A stretch of 64,000 nucleotides of DNA, taken from assembly GCA_963768855.1 (NCBI GenBank), contig CAVYJM010000012.1, positions 58,961 through 122,960 of the forward strand, given 5' to 3'. The notes below the pieces were generated by a model. It searched no databases, was not told the DNA's origin, and worked only from the letters and a program-made list of their open reading frames with translations. Shown here piece after piece: positions 28,857 to 39,289 of this stretch (positions are counted from its first letter, which is position 1; each line of letters starts with the position of its first letter). Origin of the DNA: an uncultured Thermoplasmata archaeon. Its GTDB lineage: Archaea; Thermoplasmatota; Thermoplasmata; RBG-16-68-12. A program made the position numbers and the translations under genes.

Positions 28857-29828
28857 ATGACGATCTCGTGGGATTTCGGCGTTCTCAAGGAATTGGCCTT
28901 GGTGGAACAGAAGATCCGCGAGAGCGTCGTCTCCGAGGAGCCGCTCCTCACGGACATCGCGACCTATGTGATCGCGGCGGGAGGCAAGCGGATCCGGCCC
29001 ACGGTCACGATCCTCTCCTTCAAATCCCTCGGCGGAAAGGACATCCAGCAAGCCGTCGACTTGGCCGCAGCCCTCGAGCTGATTCATTCGGCCACCCTCA
29101 TCCACGACGACATCAACGACGGCGGGGAGATGCGCCGCGGCCGCCCCGCGGCGTACAAGAAGTACGGCCTCCAGAACGCGCTCGTGACGGGGGACTTCCT
29201 GTTCGTCAAGGCGTTCGGCATCGGAGGCAAGTTCGACTCGGACATCGTCGAGCTGACCGCGAACGCCTGCGCTGCGCTCGCCGAGGGCGAGATCCGCCAG
29301 AAGCGCCACGCCTTCGACACCGCGGTCACGCGGGACGAGTACGTCGACATCATCCGCCGCAAGACCGCGCTCCCGATCATGGCCGGCGCGAAGATCGCCG
29401 GCCTCCTCGCGGGAGCCCGGCTCGAGGACGTTGAGGCGGTGGGCGACTACGGGCTCTATCTCGGCATCGCCTTCCAGATCGTCGACGACATCCTCGACGT
29501 GATCGGGGACGACGCACGCCTCGGCAAGCCCGCCGGGACGGACATCAAGGAGGGCAACGTCACCCTCCCGGCGATCCACGCACTGAACGACGGCCTCCGG
29601 GTCGACAAGGTCGAGCTCGGCCGCATCCTCCGCAAGACGCACAAGGAAAACGGGGAGCTCGAGAGCGCGCTGACCATGCTGCGCACCTCGGGAGCGGTGG
29701 ACCGGGCGTGGTCCGACGCGCGCCACTACGGCGACTTGGCGAAGCAGGCGACCGCGCTGCTCCCTCCGAGCGAGGCGAAGGTCAACATGCTCCGCCTCGT
29801 GGACTTCGTCCTGACGCGGGACACGTGA
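28857..29828 (+). CDS. Trans-polyprenyl diphosphate synthase, probably long-chain
   Basis: GGKRIRP, ATLIHDDINDG..RRG, FQIVDDILD, GKPAGTDIKEG. Confidence 0.93.
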   Translation: MTISWDFGVLKELALVEQKIRESVVSEEPLLTDIATYVIAAGGKRIRPTVTILSFKSLGGKDIQQAVDLAAALELIHSATLIHDDINDGGEMRRGRPAAYKKYGLQNALVTGDFLFVKAFGIGGKFDSDIVELTANACAALAEGEIRQKRHAFDTAVTRDEYVDIIRRKTALPIMAGAKIAGLLAGARLEDVEAVGDYGLYLGIAFQIVDDILDVIGDDARLGKPAGTDIKEGNVTLPAIHALNDGLRVDKVELGRILRKTHKENGELESALTMLRTSGAVDRAWSDARHYGDLAKQATALLPPSEAKVNMLRLVDFVLTRDT

Positions 29829-29829
29829 G

Positions 29830-30930
29830 GTGGCCGTCGTGGCCTACGACGCGATCGTGGTGGGCTCGGGCCCTGCCGGCGGCTCCGCCGCGCGATATGC
29901 CGCGCGCCGCGGGCTCAAGGTCCTCCTGCTCGACAAGCGCAAGGAGATCGGCGTGCCGGTCCAGTGCGGCGAGTACGTCGCCTCGGACGAGGAGGTCCGC
30001 GTGATCTTCCCCACGGTCACGGACCTGGAGGACCTCATGGAGGTCCCCCACCGCGTGAAGCAGCTCGACACCCCGATCATCCGAATCTGGTCTCCGCACG
30101 GGCGTGCGTACGACCTCCCGTTCAAGGGCTACACGGTCCGGCGGGACAAGATGGACCAGGGGATCGCCGACCAGGCGGTCGAGGAAGGCGCTGAGCTGCT
30201 CAAGGAGACCCTGGTCACCCGCGTCCAGGGGACGCAGGTCCACACGAACCGCGGCGTCTTCGAGGGAAAGGTGATCATCGGATGCGACGGACCGAGGTCC
30301 ACGGTGGCGCAGAGCGCCGGCCTTCCCTGGCCCGTTTCCGCACCGGCGATGAGCGCGACCGCGGAGGGTGACTTCAGCGACGCGACGGAGATGTTCTTCG
30401 GAAACCTCGCACCGGGCGGCTACGCGTGGATCATCCCGAAGGCACACTGCGCGAACGTCGGCCTCGGCACCTGGGAGCAGTTCCATGGGAACCTCCGCGT
30501 GCTCTATGACAAGTTCCTCGACGGCCGCGGGATCCGCGGGGGGAAGGCGACGGGAGGCTACGTCCCCGTCCTAGGCCCGATCGACCGGACGGTCGCGGGG
30601 AATGTCCTCCTCGCGGGCGATGCGGCGGGCATGGTCATGGCCACGAACGGTGGCGGCATCAACGTCTCCATGCTGGCGGGGCGCATCGCCGGCATGACGG
30701 CGGCAGACCACGTCCTCGGCGGCGTCCCGCTGGAGGAGTACGAGCGCCGCTGGCGCGCCGCGCTGTACCCGCCCCTCGCGGAAGGCGTCCGAATTAAGCA
30801 CCTTGCGGACCGGTTCTTCGGGAGCGACCGCCTCCTCGAGGCGTCGATGATCCTGCTGGGCCGCAGGCGGATGGGCCGCGCGATTCGGTGCCAGCATCTC
30901 TTCCGCCCTGGCGTCGCCAAAGCCTTATAG
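29830..30930 (+). CDS. Geranylgeranyl reductase-family flavoprotein
   Basis: VVGSGPAGG, GVPVQCGE, PGGYAWIIPK, LLAGDAAG...NGGGI. Confidence 0.9.
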   Translation: MAVVAYDAIVVGSGPAGGSAARYAARRGLKVLLLDKRKEIGVPVQCGEYVASDEEVRVIFPTVTDLEDLMEVPHRVKQLDTPIIRIWSPHGRAYDLPFKGYTVRRDKMDQGIADQAVEEGAELLKETLVTRVQGTQVHTNRGVFEGKVIIGCDGPRSTVAQSAGLPWPVSAPAMSATAEGDFSDATEMFFGNLAPGGYAWIIPKAHCANVGLGTWEQFHGNLRVLYDKFLDGRGIRGGKATGGYVPVLGPIDRTVAGNVLLAGDAAGMVMATNGGGINVSMLAGRIAGMTAADHVLGGVPLEEYERRWRAALYPPLAEGVRIKHLADRFFGSDRLLEASMILLGRRRMGRAIRCQHLFRPGVAKAL

Positions 30931-30955
30931 ACCCGCTACCTTCGGCAACGGAATC

Positions 30956-32180
30956 ATGGAGTTCCAGTTTCTCGGCGGAGCCTCCGAGGTCGGCCGCCTG
31001 GGCATGGTCCTGAAGACCGGGCCGACGTCGACCCTGTTCGACTACGGGTTGCTGCCCGAAGGATCCGCCCCAGTATCCAATCCCCGCCCCTCCCGTCGAC
31101 GGGATGTTCGTGAGCCACGCCCACCTGGACCACACGGGTATGATCCCGTGGATCACCCGCCGTCAGGATGTCGACGTCGTCCTGACCCCGCCCACTGCGG
31201 ACGTCGCGGACCTGCTCCTCCAGGACAGCCTCAAGATCGCGGACGCGGAGGGCTTCGACGCCCCCTTCAACGACCAGGACCTGCGCACGGCGCGCCGTCG
31301 GTTCCGCACGATCGACTTCGGCGACAATGTGGACATGGGCGAGCTGGAGGTCACCGCCCACCCGGCCGGCCACATCCCCGGCGCCACGATGTACGAGGTC
31401 AACGGGAACCAGACGATGCTCTTCACGGGCGACCTTCACACCCTGACGACGGACCTCGTATGGGGGGCGAAGCCGGTGAAGTGCGACACCCTGTTCGTCG
31501 AATCCACGTACGCCGGACGCCAGCACCCCGAGCGGCTCAAGTCGGAGCACGCGTTCCTCAAGAAGGTCGAGCAGGTCGTGAACCGGGGCGGGATCGCGCT
31601 CGTCCCCTCGTTTGCGGTCGGCCGCACGCAGGACATCATCCTCGCCCTGGCCAAGGCCCGCCACGAGGTCTGGCTGGACGGGATGGGGAAGAAGGTGAAC
31701 TCGATCTACCTCGATCATCCGGAGTACGTCCGGTCCGCGAAGCAGCTCCGCCAGGCGATGCACAAGGTCAACGTCGTCGATGGTCCGAGGACGCGGCAGC
31801 TCGCCGTCCGGGGGGAGGTCATTGTCTGCACGAGCGGGATGCTCGACGGCGGACCGGTGCTCCACTACCTCGACGCGATCCGCGACGACCCGAAGAGCGC
31901 GATCCTGCTCACCGGATACCAGGTCGAAGGGACGAACGGGCGGCAGCTCGTGGACAACGGCTCGATCGAGATGTACGGGGTGAACGTCGACATCAAGATC
32001 GAGTGGCAGAAGTTCGACTTCTCCGCGCATGCGGGCCACGACGAGCTCGTCCGGTTCATCGAGGCCTGCGACCCGAGCCGGGTCGTCCTGATGCACGGCG
32101 ACCAGCGCGAGCTGCTCGCGGAGGCGCTCGAAGGACGCGAGGTCCTCCTTCCCATGGAAGGCAACTGGTACTCCCTGTAG
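30956..32180 (+). CDS. MBL-fold beta-CASP ribonuclease interrupted by a one-base frameshift near 31055
   Basis: N-terminus FLGGASEVGR...LFDYG lies in one frame. SHAHLDH, AGHIPG, ESTY, FAVGRTQ and FSAHAGH lie in the +1 frame. Confidence 0.88.
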
Positions 32181-32205
32181 GCAGGGCCCGGCTTGCGACG
32201 CCTCT

Positions 32206-33387
32206 CTAGAAGGTGAGGATCCCGAGGAGTCCGCCGCCGACGACAACCCCGCATGCGGCCCAGAAGGCGATCTGCTCGGCGCGGCGGAACGGCTGGCCCC
32301 GCATCGTCGCCCGGTCGGACACGAGCTTCCCGAGGAAGTAGAGGGACGGGATGATGATGATCGTGAAGGACACCATCAGCTCGAGGATCAGGGGCACGTA
32401 GCTCGTCGTCAGGGCTACGAGGAGCAAGGCCGGAGAGCTCTCGCCGACGTAGATGGCGAGGAAGGACCGCCGGGAAGACGTTCCGACCGCTTCCATGACT
32501 CCCCACGCCGACCCCATCGAGACCACGACGAGCGCAAGGAACCCGGCCGCGATGAACCCGATGCCCACCAGGGTTGCGGCGTATGGGCTCACGAGTGCGA
32601 GCACGTCGGAGATGGACTGGACTCCCACCGCGCCGCCGAGCGCCGGGAGTTGCATCCCGACGACGACGATCGCCGCCATCACGATCTCCGACACAATCGC
32701 GCTCCCGAGCGTGGTCCACCGCTCCCGGCGCACGGTTCCCGTCTTGGGTCCCCTGCGTGAATCCGCCCCGGAATGGAAGTAGAGCATCCAGGGCATGACG
32801 ACCGCCCCGATGCTCGCCGCCGCCAGATAGCGGAACGACGGGTCCCCGTACGGCTGCAGGGGTGAGAGGCCCTCCCGGGCCACCTGGGCCAGGTCGATAT
32901 GGAACAGGAGGACGGAGGCGGTGAGGCTGAGGACGAGCGCGAAGCTGATGGGGAGGAGGAAGACCTCCGCCTGGCGGTAGGTGCGACCGACGACGATTGC
33001 CAGGTGAACGACGTAGGCCACGAGCAGACCCGCGAGGATCGGGAGTCCCAGGAGGGCTAGGCCGATCGCGATCCCGGCGTACTCCGCCACGTACTCCAGG
33101 AAGTCGGTCACCGCCATGGGGAGCGCGGCCACCAGCGCAGTCCGACGGCCATAGCGGCGGCCGATGGCTTCCCCGAGGCCGACCTGTCCTACGGTCCCCA
33201 GGCGGCCCGCCGCGTCCTGGATGATGAAGAGGGGGATCGTCAGGGCGAGCATGACAAAGATGAGGTGGTATCCCCAGGACGCTCCCGCCTGGAGGCCGGT
33301 GATGATGCTCGCGACGTCGACGTCGGCGATCATCACGAGCCAAGCCGGGCCGAGCCCGGCAATCGTCTCCCGCACGTGGAGGTTCAT
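32206..33387 (-). CDS. NRAMP/MntH-family divalent metal transporter
   Basis: GPAWLVMIADVDVASI, AGASWGY, IGAVVMPWMLY. Confidence 0.88.
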   Translation of the reverse strand: MNLHVRETIAGLGPAWLVMIADVDVASIITGLQAGASWGYHLIFVMLALTIPLFIIQDAAGRLGTVGQVGLGEAIGRRYGRRTALVAALPMAVTDFLEYVAEYAGIAIGLALLGLPILAGLLVAYVVHLAIVVGRTYRQAEVFLLPISFALVLSLTASVLLFHIDLAQVAREGLSPLQPYGDPSFRYLAAASIGAVVMPWMLYFHSGADSRRGPKTGTVRRERWTTLGSAIVSEIVMAAIVVVGMQLPALGGAVGVQSISDVLALVSPYAATLVGIGFIAAGFLALVVVSMGSAWGVMEAVGTSSRRSFLAIYVGESSPALLLVALTTSYVPLILELMVSFTIIIIPSLYFLGKLVSDRATMRGQPFRRAEQIAFWAACGVVVGGGLLGILTF

Positions 33388-33488
33388 CGTTTCGGTCGGC
33401 CGAAATCGTTCCGGGGGCTCCTGAAGGCTCGGTACATAGAGTAAGGGTTCCCCGGTGCGGGGAAGCTATCTCCGGAGGTTCGGGGCCC

Positions 33489-34697
33489 CTAAATCCCGAC
33501 GTTTTTCGCAATCATCGGCCGGAGCGCCTTCCCCACGTACTTCAGGATGCGCGGGTCCTTCCGGATCAGCGCCCACCCGATCTTGGAGGGGAAGTCGATG
33601 TCCGCGGTGGTCTCGATCAACCGCAGGATCTCTGGATCGTCGAAGATCTCGAAGAGCTCCTCGAACTGGGCGTCCGTGAGCCTCTCGAAGCTCTCGTGGA
33701 TGGCCAGGTCCTTCCGTAGCTCCTTGCCGATGGATTTCGTCCAGGCCTTGTGGTAGCGGTGCATCATCCGAGACGAGTAGTCACCCTTCTCCAGCGCCTG
33801 GATCGCCGTCTCCGCCGCGAGACTCGCGCAGTGTAGGCTCGTGAAGATCCCCCCACCGCTCGTGGCCTTGGCCTGGCACGCGGCATCGCCCACGACCAAC
33901 ACGTTGTCTGCATACGTGCGGCGCGGGAACCCGATCGGGATGCCCCCGACGATGTAGAGGATCGGCTGCGCGCCCTTCGTGTACTGCTGGACCTCGGGTC
34001 GCTTCAGCATCTTCTCGAGGTAGGCGTAGGCGTTCCCCTCGCCGACGCAAAGCCCCACGCGGGCCGTGTCCCCGCTCGGGATGATCCAGCCGAAGAACCC
34101 CGGCGCGATCTCGTTGCCCACGAAGAGCTTCACGAACCCCGGGTCGCCCCGGACGCCCGCCAGCTCGACCTCGAAGCCCGGGAGGATCCGCTTCGGGCGG
34201 AGGATATGGAACCACTTCGCGACGTTGGAGCGGACGCCGTCGCAGCCGATGAGGATCTTGGCCCGAATCCGGGCCGAATGCCCGTCCCGGTCCACGAGGA
34301 CCTCGACCCCGCCGTCCTTGCGGGTCGCAGCCTGGGCCTGGGTCCCGAGGAAGGTGTGGGCCCCCGCCCGGACCGCCTCCGTCACGATGGCCCGGTCGAA
34401 CATGGCGCGGTCCACGACGACCGCCTCGGTCTCATGCCCGTCGATCCGGAGGCAGCGGCCCTTCGGCGAGAAGATCTCGGCTCCGTGGATCTCGCCGAGG
34501 ATCGTCTCCTTGCACTTGACGTAGTCGAACACTCGAGGCGTCACGAGGCCGCCGCACTGGATCGGCTCCCCGATCTCGCGGTGCTCCTCGATCAGCGCGA
34601 CCGTGAACCCCCTGCGGGCGATGTGCTCCGCCGCGAGCCCGCCGGCCGGTCCGGCGCCCACGATGACCACGTCGAAGGAATCCGCGGCCGTCGGCAC
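33489..34697 (-). CDS. Geranylgeranyl reductase-family flavoprotein (DGGGPL reductase-like)
   Basis: VGAGPAGG, GEPIQCGG, APGFFGWIIP, VGDAACQAKATSGGGI. Confidence 0.9.
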   Translation of the reverse strand: MPTAADSFDVVIVGAGPAGGLAAEHIARRGFTVALIEEHREIGEPIQCGGLVTPRVFDYVKCKETILGEIHGAEIFSPKGRCLRIDGHETEAVVVDRAMFDRAIVTEAVRAGAHTFLGTQAQAATRKDGGVEVLVDRDGHSARIRAKILIGCDGVRSNVAKWFHILRPKRILPGFEVELAGVRGDPGFVKLFVGNEIAPGFFGWIIPSGDTARVGLCVGEGNAYAYLEKMLKRPEVQQYTKGAQPILYIVGGIPIGFPRRTYADNVLVVGDAACQAKATSGGGIFTSLHCASLAAETAIQALEKGDYSSRMMHRYHKAWTKSIGKELRKDLAIHESFERLTDAQFEELFEIFDDPEILRLIETTADIDFPSKIGWALIRKDPRILKYVGKALRPMIAKNVGI

Positions 34698-34703
34698 GGC
34701 GCG

Positions 34704-35447
34704 TCACTCCTTCAGGTTCATGATGATTTCGAGGAAGTTCTCCAGGTGCTTGGAGAGGGACGCGTTGTCCGTGTACCCGCAGGCAGAGAGGTCGGGCGAC
34801 GCGATCAGCGCGCTCGACCCGTCCACGATCACATCGGTCGCGATGAGTCCCTTCCGGTAGACGACCGCGGCGCCTTCGGGGATCTTCTGGCCGGGTTCCG
34901 TGATGATCGTGAACCGGATGCCCCGGTTCACCGCGTGCTCGATCTTCTTGCCCAGGCTCTCCCGGATCTCGGAGAAGGTCGGCGTAGAGACCATGAACGT
35001 TTCCGCGGATTTGTCGAGCAGCTCCCCGATCTTCTCGAGGACGCGCTCCTTGCCGCCGATCGTGTACACGAGCTGCGGCTCCCCCTTGTCGCGGAGGACC
35101 TCGTGGAGCAGGTCGAGCTTCGTGAACGTGTCCTCCAGGTGGTCCATGACCCGGCTCTTCACTTTGCCCGGCGCCTCCGGCTTGAAGATCGTCGGTCGCC
35201 CGCGCGTGGAGATGGCGAAGCCCTTCGAGCACAGGCTTTGGAGGACCTTGTACGCGGATGTCCGCGGGATCTTGGCGGTCTCCGCGATCGTCTCGGCGCT
35301 CCCGTACCCGTGGGCCACGAGAGCGATGTACCCCCGTGCCTCGTAGCTCGAGAGACCGATGGACTCGAGGGTCTTCGTCGCGCGCTCGAACTCGACCTCG
35401 AGGTTGAACCCCGACTCGAGGAGTTTCGAGACTTCGGGGGGCATCAC
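34704..35447 (-). CDS. TrmB family transcriptional regulator
   Basis: LESIGLSSYEARGYIAL and IPRTSAYKVLQSL wHTH, plus a C-terminal effector domain. Confidence 0.9.
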   Translation of the reverse strand: MMPPEVSKLLESGFNLEVEFERATKTLESIGLSSYEARGYIALVAHGYGSAETIAETAKIPRTSAYKVLQSLCSKGFAISTRGRPTIFKPEAPGKVKSRVMDHLEDTFTKLDLLHEVLRDKGEPQLVYTIGGKERVLEKIGELLDKSAETFMVSTPTFSEIRESLGKKIEHAVNRGIRFTIITEPGQKIPEGAAVVYRKGLIATDVIVDGSSALIASPDLSACGYTDNASLSKHLENFLEIIMNLKE

Positions 35448-35551
35448 GCGTCGTGGATATCGGGTGGGCCGTTTAACCCTTTTCTCCGGAGGAGGAGCCG
35501 ACTCCGGTGAAGCTTACAGAAGGATTTATGCCCCGGAGTCCGCTTCCGCGC

Positions 35552-38014
35552 ATGAGGATGCGCTCTCCCAAGCCCGCGGCTCTGGCCCTTCTCCTTGCCC
35601 TGCTTCTCTTCTGGTCGATCCTTCCTCCGGCCGCGGGCCAAGGCGGCTCGATGACGGTGAGCGCGGACTACGAGCTCTTCGGGACGACGGTCCTCAACGG
35701 CGGCGGCCACGTGACCTGGACGCTGACGGGCGACGTGGCCCGGCAGCTCCGCACGGACCTCGTGCGGCTGTTCGACGAGTACCCCCAGATCCCGCGTGAC
35801 TTCGTGTTCGGCGGCGACCCGACGAACGGGAACCACGACGGGGTCCTCCAAGAGCCCGAGGGACGGGCGTACACGGACCGCGTCGAGAACGTCCTGGAGG
35901 GCGCCTACCCGAACGCCCAGACGGGCGGGACCCAGATCGGGTATTTCTTGCTGGACCGCGCGGACCTGCTCGACAAGGACCTCGCGAACGGGTTCAACAC
36001 GAGCACGACCGGGATCGTCGGCTCGAACGCGAACTCGACCGCGGACCTACAGATCCGGTTCATCTTCAACGGGGGATCGAACACCGGGGACGTGTCGATG
36101 TCCCTCCCGACCCAGGCGTATGCCCAGGCGCTCTTCCGCGTCTTCTCGATCGAGGCGGTCCAGGCGGGCTCCTGGCCCGTGACCACCGCGGACCTCGGGA
36201 CCCCGGGCTGGCACCAGGTCTACCGGGATTCGCACCTCGCCCTCTGGCCCGGGAACACGAGCTCGTGCACCTCGGGGACCGTTCCCACGTGCGACCAGAG
36301 CCCTCGGTACGACAACGGAACGAGCCTGGACGCGGAGGCCGTGATGGACCCGGCCCTCCATGCCCAGGGGATCCCGCTCGACCTGCGGTTTGCGACGAGC
36401 GCGTGGCTCACGTTCAACTACACGGGCCAGGTCGCGGGCATCGGCGACGCCCTGCGGTTCCAGGTCGCCCCCGAGGCCGCGAACCTCACCTGGACCACTC
36501 TCCAGAACGGCACGTACTCCGAGCCCCAGAACACCTTTCAGGGGGACTGGCTCGACGAGAGCCTGAACCTCTCCGCGTATTTGGGCCAGAAGGTCCGCCT
36601 CCGCCTCAACTTCACCTCGGACCCGTCCGGCTCGGGCCCCGGGTTCTTCGTCGGAGGCTTCGCGATCCACGCGCCGTCCACGTACCGGGGTCCGGTCGTG
36701 GAGTCGGACGCGCACTACCTCATCGGGACGCTCAGCTTCTCGAACTTCAACGTTCCCTCCGGGAGTCCTACTCTCATCCGCACGCCCGGCGGAGAGATCC
36801 TCTGGTACTCGAGCGGCTACGACACAGCGAACCCGGCGCCCGACACGGTGCGCTACGCCGCGTTCGACGTGATGGAGAACCCGCAGGTCCTGTTCGCGGT
36901 GATGTGCGTCGCGGCGTACTTCATCTCCCGCCTCCAGGAGCTCGCGTACGACGACTATCGCGAGGCCCACCCCAGCGTGTACCGCCCCGCGGTCCACAAG
37001 GTCAAGTGGCTTCACTGGATCGGCCGCGCCGCGATCCTCGTCCTCATCCTCTTCTACTTCGTCCCGACCGCCTTCTTCGTGATCGGGCTGCGCGTGTACT
37101 TCAACGGCCCCGCGTACTTCTTCATGGCCCTGACCTTCGCCCTCGCCATCGGGTTTGGGACCCGCGCGTACTACCAGCAGATGCTCGAGGCGGCCCCGCC
37201 CCCCACCGGCACGGAGGAGGTCGAGGCGGAGCCCGCCATCTCCGAGGAGCCCGAGGAGCCTGAGGCGGCGCCCGAGGCGATCGCGCACTGCACCCACTGC
37301 CTGCGGACGGTCCACGAAGGCGAGAAGACGTACGCGTGCACCTGTGGCGCAATCTACCATCTGGGGTGCGCGAGTGGGCTCATGCGCTGCTCGAACTGCC
37401 GCAAGCCGATCGGCGGGCTCGAGAAGGTGGGCGACAAGCGTTCCGTATCGATGCGATGCTCCTCCTGTGGCGAGGTGCAGACCGTGCCGGAGGGCGAGGA
37501 CGCCCGGACGCTGACCTGCGCGTCCTGCGGCGGGAGCCTGCGCAGCCTCGATGCGGGCAAGCGGTACCTCCTCGTGGCCAGCAACCCCGCAATCGCGTTC
37601 CACTGGCTCGCGGACCTTGCGAAGGGAGGCAAGCCCGCGCTCGTCCTCACGCCCTCCGCGCCGGACCGGCTTCGGCTCGAGTTCGACCTGAAGGACGCGA
37701 AGTTCGTCCAGGTCTCGGCCCAGGGGGCGGGCGCGATCGATCCCAGGAAGCTCGACTCCGCGGGGCTCAAGGTGATCCTGCCCCTCGCGCGTTCCGGCAA
37801 GGGAGGCATCCTCCTCTACGACGGCCTGGACCAGATGGTCGCGGCGTCCTCGATGGGCGAGGTCATCCGCTTCCTCCGCAAGGCGAACGACATGGCGTTC
37901 GTGCACCAGATCACGGTGATCGCCCGGGTGGGCCCCGGCATCCTCGCGGAGGTCGAGATCGAGCGGCTCGCCGCGGAGTTCGACGAGGTGCTCGACCTCT
38001 CCGCGCGGCTATGA
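35552..38014 (+). CDS. Membrane-anchored receptor-like protein: signal peptide, extracellular domain, TM helices, Zn fingers, DUF835
   Basis: Hydrophobic signal peptide, about 3 TM segments, a C4HC3 finger, a CSSC/CASC ribbon and GILLYDGLDQM. The start is uncertain (35528, 35552 or 35558). Confidence 0.8.
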   Translation: MRMRSPKPAALALLLALLLFWSILPPAAGQGGSMTVSADYELFGTTVLNGGGHVTWTLTGDVARQLRTDLVRLFDEYPQIPRDFVFGGDPTNGNHDGVLQEPEGRAYTDRVENVLEGAYPNAQTGGTQIGYFLLDRADLLDKDLANGFNTSTTGIVGSNANSTADLQIRFIFNGGSNTGDVSMSLPTQAYAQALFRVFSIEAVQAGSWPVTTADLGTPGWHQVYRDSHLALWPGNTSSCTSGTVPTCDQSPRYDNGTSLDAEAVMDPALHAQGIPLDLRFATSAWLTFNYTGQVAGIGDALRFQVAPEAANLTWTTLQNGTYSEPQNTFQGDWLDESLNLSAYLGQKVRLRLNFTSDPSGSGPGFFVGGFAIHAPSTYRGPVVESDAHYLIGTLSFSNFNVPSGSPTLIRTPGGEILWYSSGYDTANPAPDTVRYAAFDVMENPQVLFAVMCVAAYFISRLQELAYDDYREAHPSVYRPAVHKVKWLHWIGRAAILVLILFYFVPTAFFVIGLRVYFNGPAYFFMALTFALAIGFGTRAYYQQMLEAAPPPTGTEEVEAEPAISEEPEEPEAAPEAIAHCTHCLRTVHEGEKTYACTCGAIYHLGCASGLMRCSNCRKPIGGLEKVGDKRSVSMRCSSCGEVQTVPEGEDARTLTCASCGGSLRSLDAGKRYLLVASNPAIAFHWLADLAKGGKPALVLTPSAPDRLRLEFDLKDAKFVQVSAQGAGAIDPRKLDSAGLKVILPLARSGKGGILLYDGLDQMVAASSMGEVIRFLRKANDMAFVHQITVIARVGPGILAEVEIERLAAEFDEVLDLSARL

Positions 38015-38584
38015 GTCGTCCTCAGGCGGCCCGGACCAGCGCGGCCCCAGGTCGTGCTCGACGTCAAGATGGTCCAGGATGCGGGCGACGACGAAGTCGA
38101 CCAGGTCCCCGAGCTCCTTGGGCCGGCCGTAGAAACCCGGCGACGCCGGGAGCACGACCACGCCGAGACGCGCGAGCTTGAGCATGTTCTCCAACGCGAT
38201 CGCGCTGAGCGGGGTCTCCCGCGGGACGAGGATGAGGGTCCGGCGCTCCTTCACGGCGACGGCCGCGGCCCGTGTGACCAGGTTGTCCGCGATCCCGGCC
38301 GCGATCTTCGCGACGGTGGTCCCGCTGCAGGGGACCACGACCAGAGCGGCGAACGGATGGCTTCCCGATGCGGGAGCCGCGGAGAGGTCGTCCCCGCGGT
38401 AGACCTTCCTGGCCCCCTTTGCGAACTCCTTGGGCTCGAGGCCCGTCTCGAACTTGATGACCGCCTCGGCGTCTTTCGACAGGATGACGTCCGCGCGGTC
38501 CCCGAGCACCTCGATCAGCCTCCTCGCGTAGGCGGCTCCTGAGGCGCCGGATACCGCAACGAGGATTGGATCGGGCGGGGTCAT
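38009..38584 (-). CDS. ubiX: Flavin prenyltransferase
   Basis: VAVSGASGAAYA, APASGS, PCSGTTVAKIAAGIADNLVTRAA, RETPL. Confidence 0.95.
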   Translation of the reverse strand: MTPPDPILVAVSGASGAAYARRLIEVLGDRADVILSKDAEAVIKFETGLEPKEFAKGARKVYRGDDLSAAPASGSHPFAALVVVPCSGTTVAKIAAGIADNLVTRAAAVAVKERRTLILVPRETPLSAIALENMLKLARLGVVVLPASPGFYGRPKELGDLVDFVVARILDHLDVEHDLGPRWSGPPEDDS

Positions 38585-38683
38585 CCGCACGCGCACGCGG
38601 CCGCGGCTAGATGAAGGTTCCGAGGTGCCGCATCGATCCGACCCCGGCCAAAACTATATGGCCTGTCCAGAGGTCGCGGGGGC

Positions 38684-39199
38684 GTGGCCCGCGTCCGGGA
38701 GGCGACCGTCCAGGACCTGGACGTCCTGGTGCGGCATCGGCGGAAGATGTTCGAGGAGATCTCGGATGCGAGCCCTGCCGAGCTCGACGCGGTGGACCGG
38801 GCGTACCGCCAGTGGGCGAGGGCTCGCCTGCGGTCCGGCCGGTATGTCGCGTTCCTCGTCGAGGCACGGGGCGGGTCCATCCCCGCGAGCGGCGCCCTGT
38901 GGCTCATGCCCCTTCCCCCGCGGCCTTGGACGACGGGCGACCGGGCGCCCTACCTCATGTCCATGTACACGGAGCGGGAGGACCGCGGGAAGGGCTACGC
39001 GACCCTCGTGGTGCGGGCCGCCGTCCGCTGGGCGAAGGCGCGAGGGTTCCGGGTCGTGATCCTGCATTCCTCGGACGAGGGCAAGGGGATCTACGAGAAA
39101 GCCGGGTTCCGCCCGACGTCCGAGATGCGCCTGCGGTTCGACCGCCCCCGGCCCACGAAACGCGTTCGACCCCGGGCCGCTTCCCGACCGCATCGATGA
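38684..39199 (+). CDS. GNAT N-acetyltransferase
   Basis: MYTEREDRGKGYA and GIYEKAGF. Confidence 0.88.
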   Translation: MARVREATVQDLDVLVRHRRKMFEEISDASPAELDAVDRAYRQWARARLRSGRYVAFLVEARGGSIPASGALWLMPLPPRPWTTGDRAPYLMSMYTEREDRGKGYATLVVRAAVRWAKARGFRVVILHSSDEGKGIYEKAGFRPTSEMRLRFDRPRPTKRVRPRAASRPHR

Positions 39200-39289
39200 G
39201 CCGCGTCTCTGGAGACGTCTCCTCCCGAGCACGCAAGCCTTCAAATACGACTTCGATTTATGAAGGCGCCACTTCACCGAGTGTTCACC

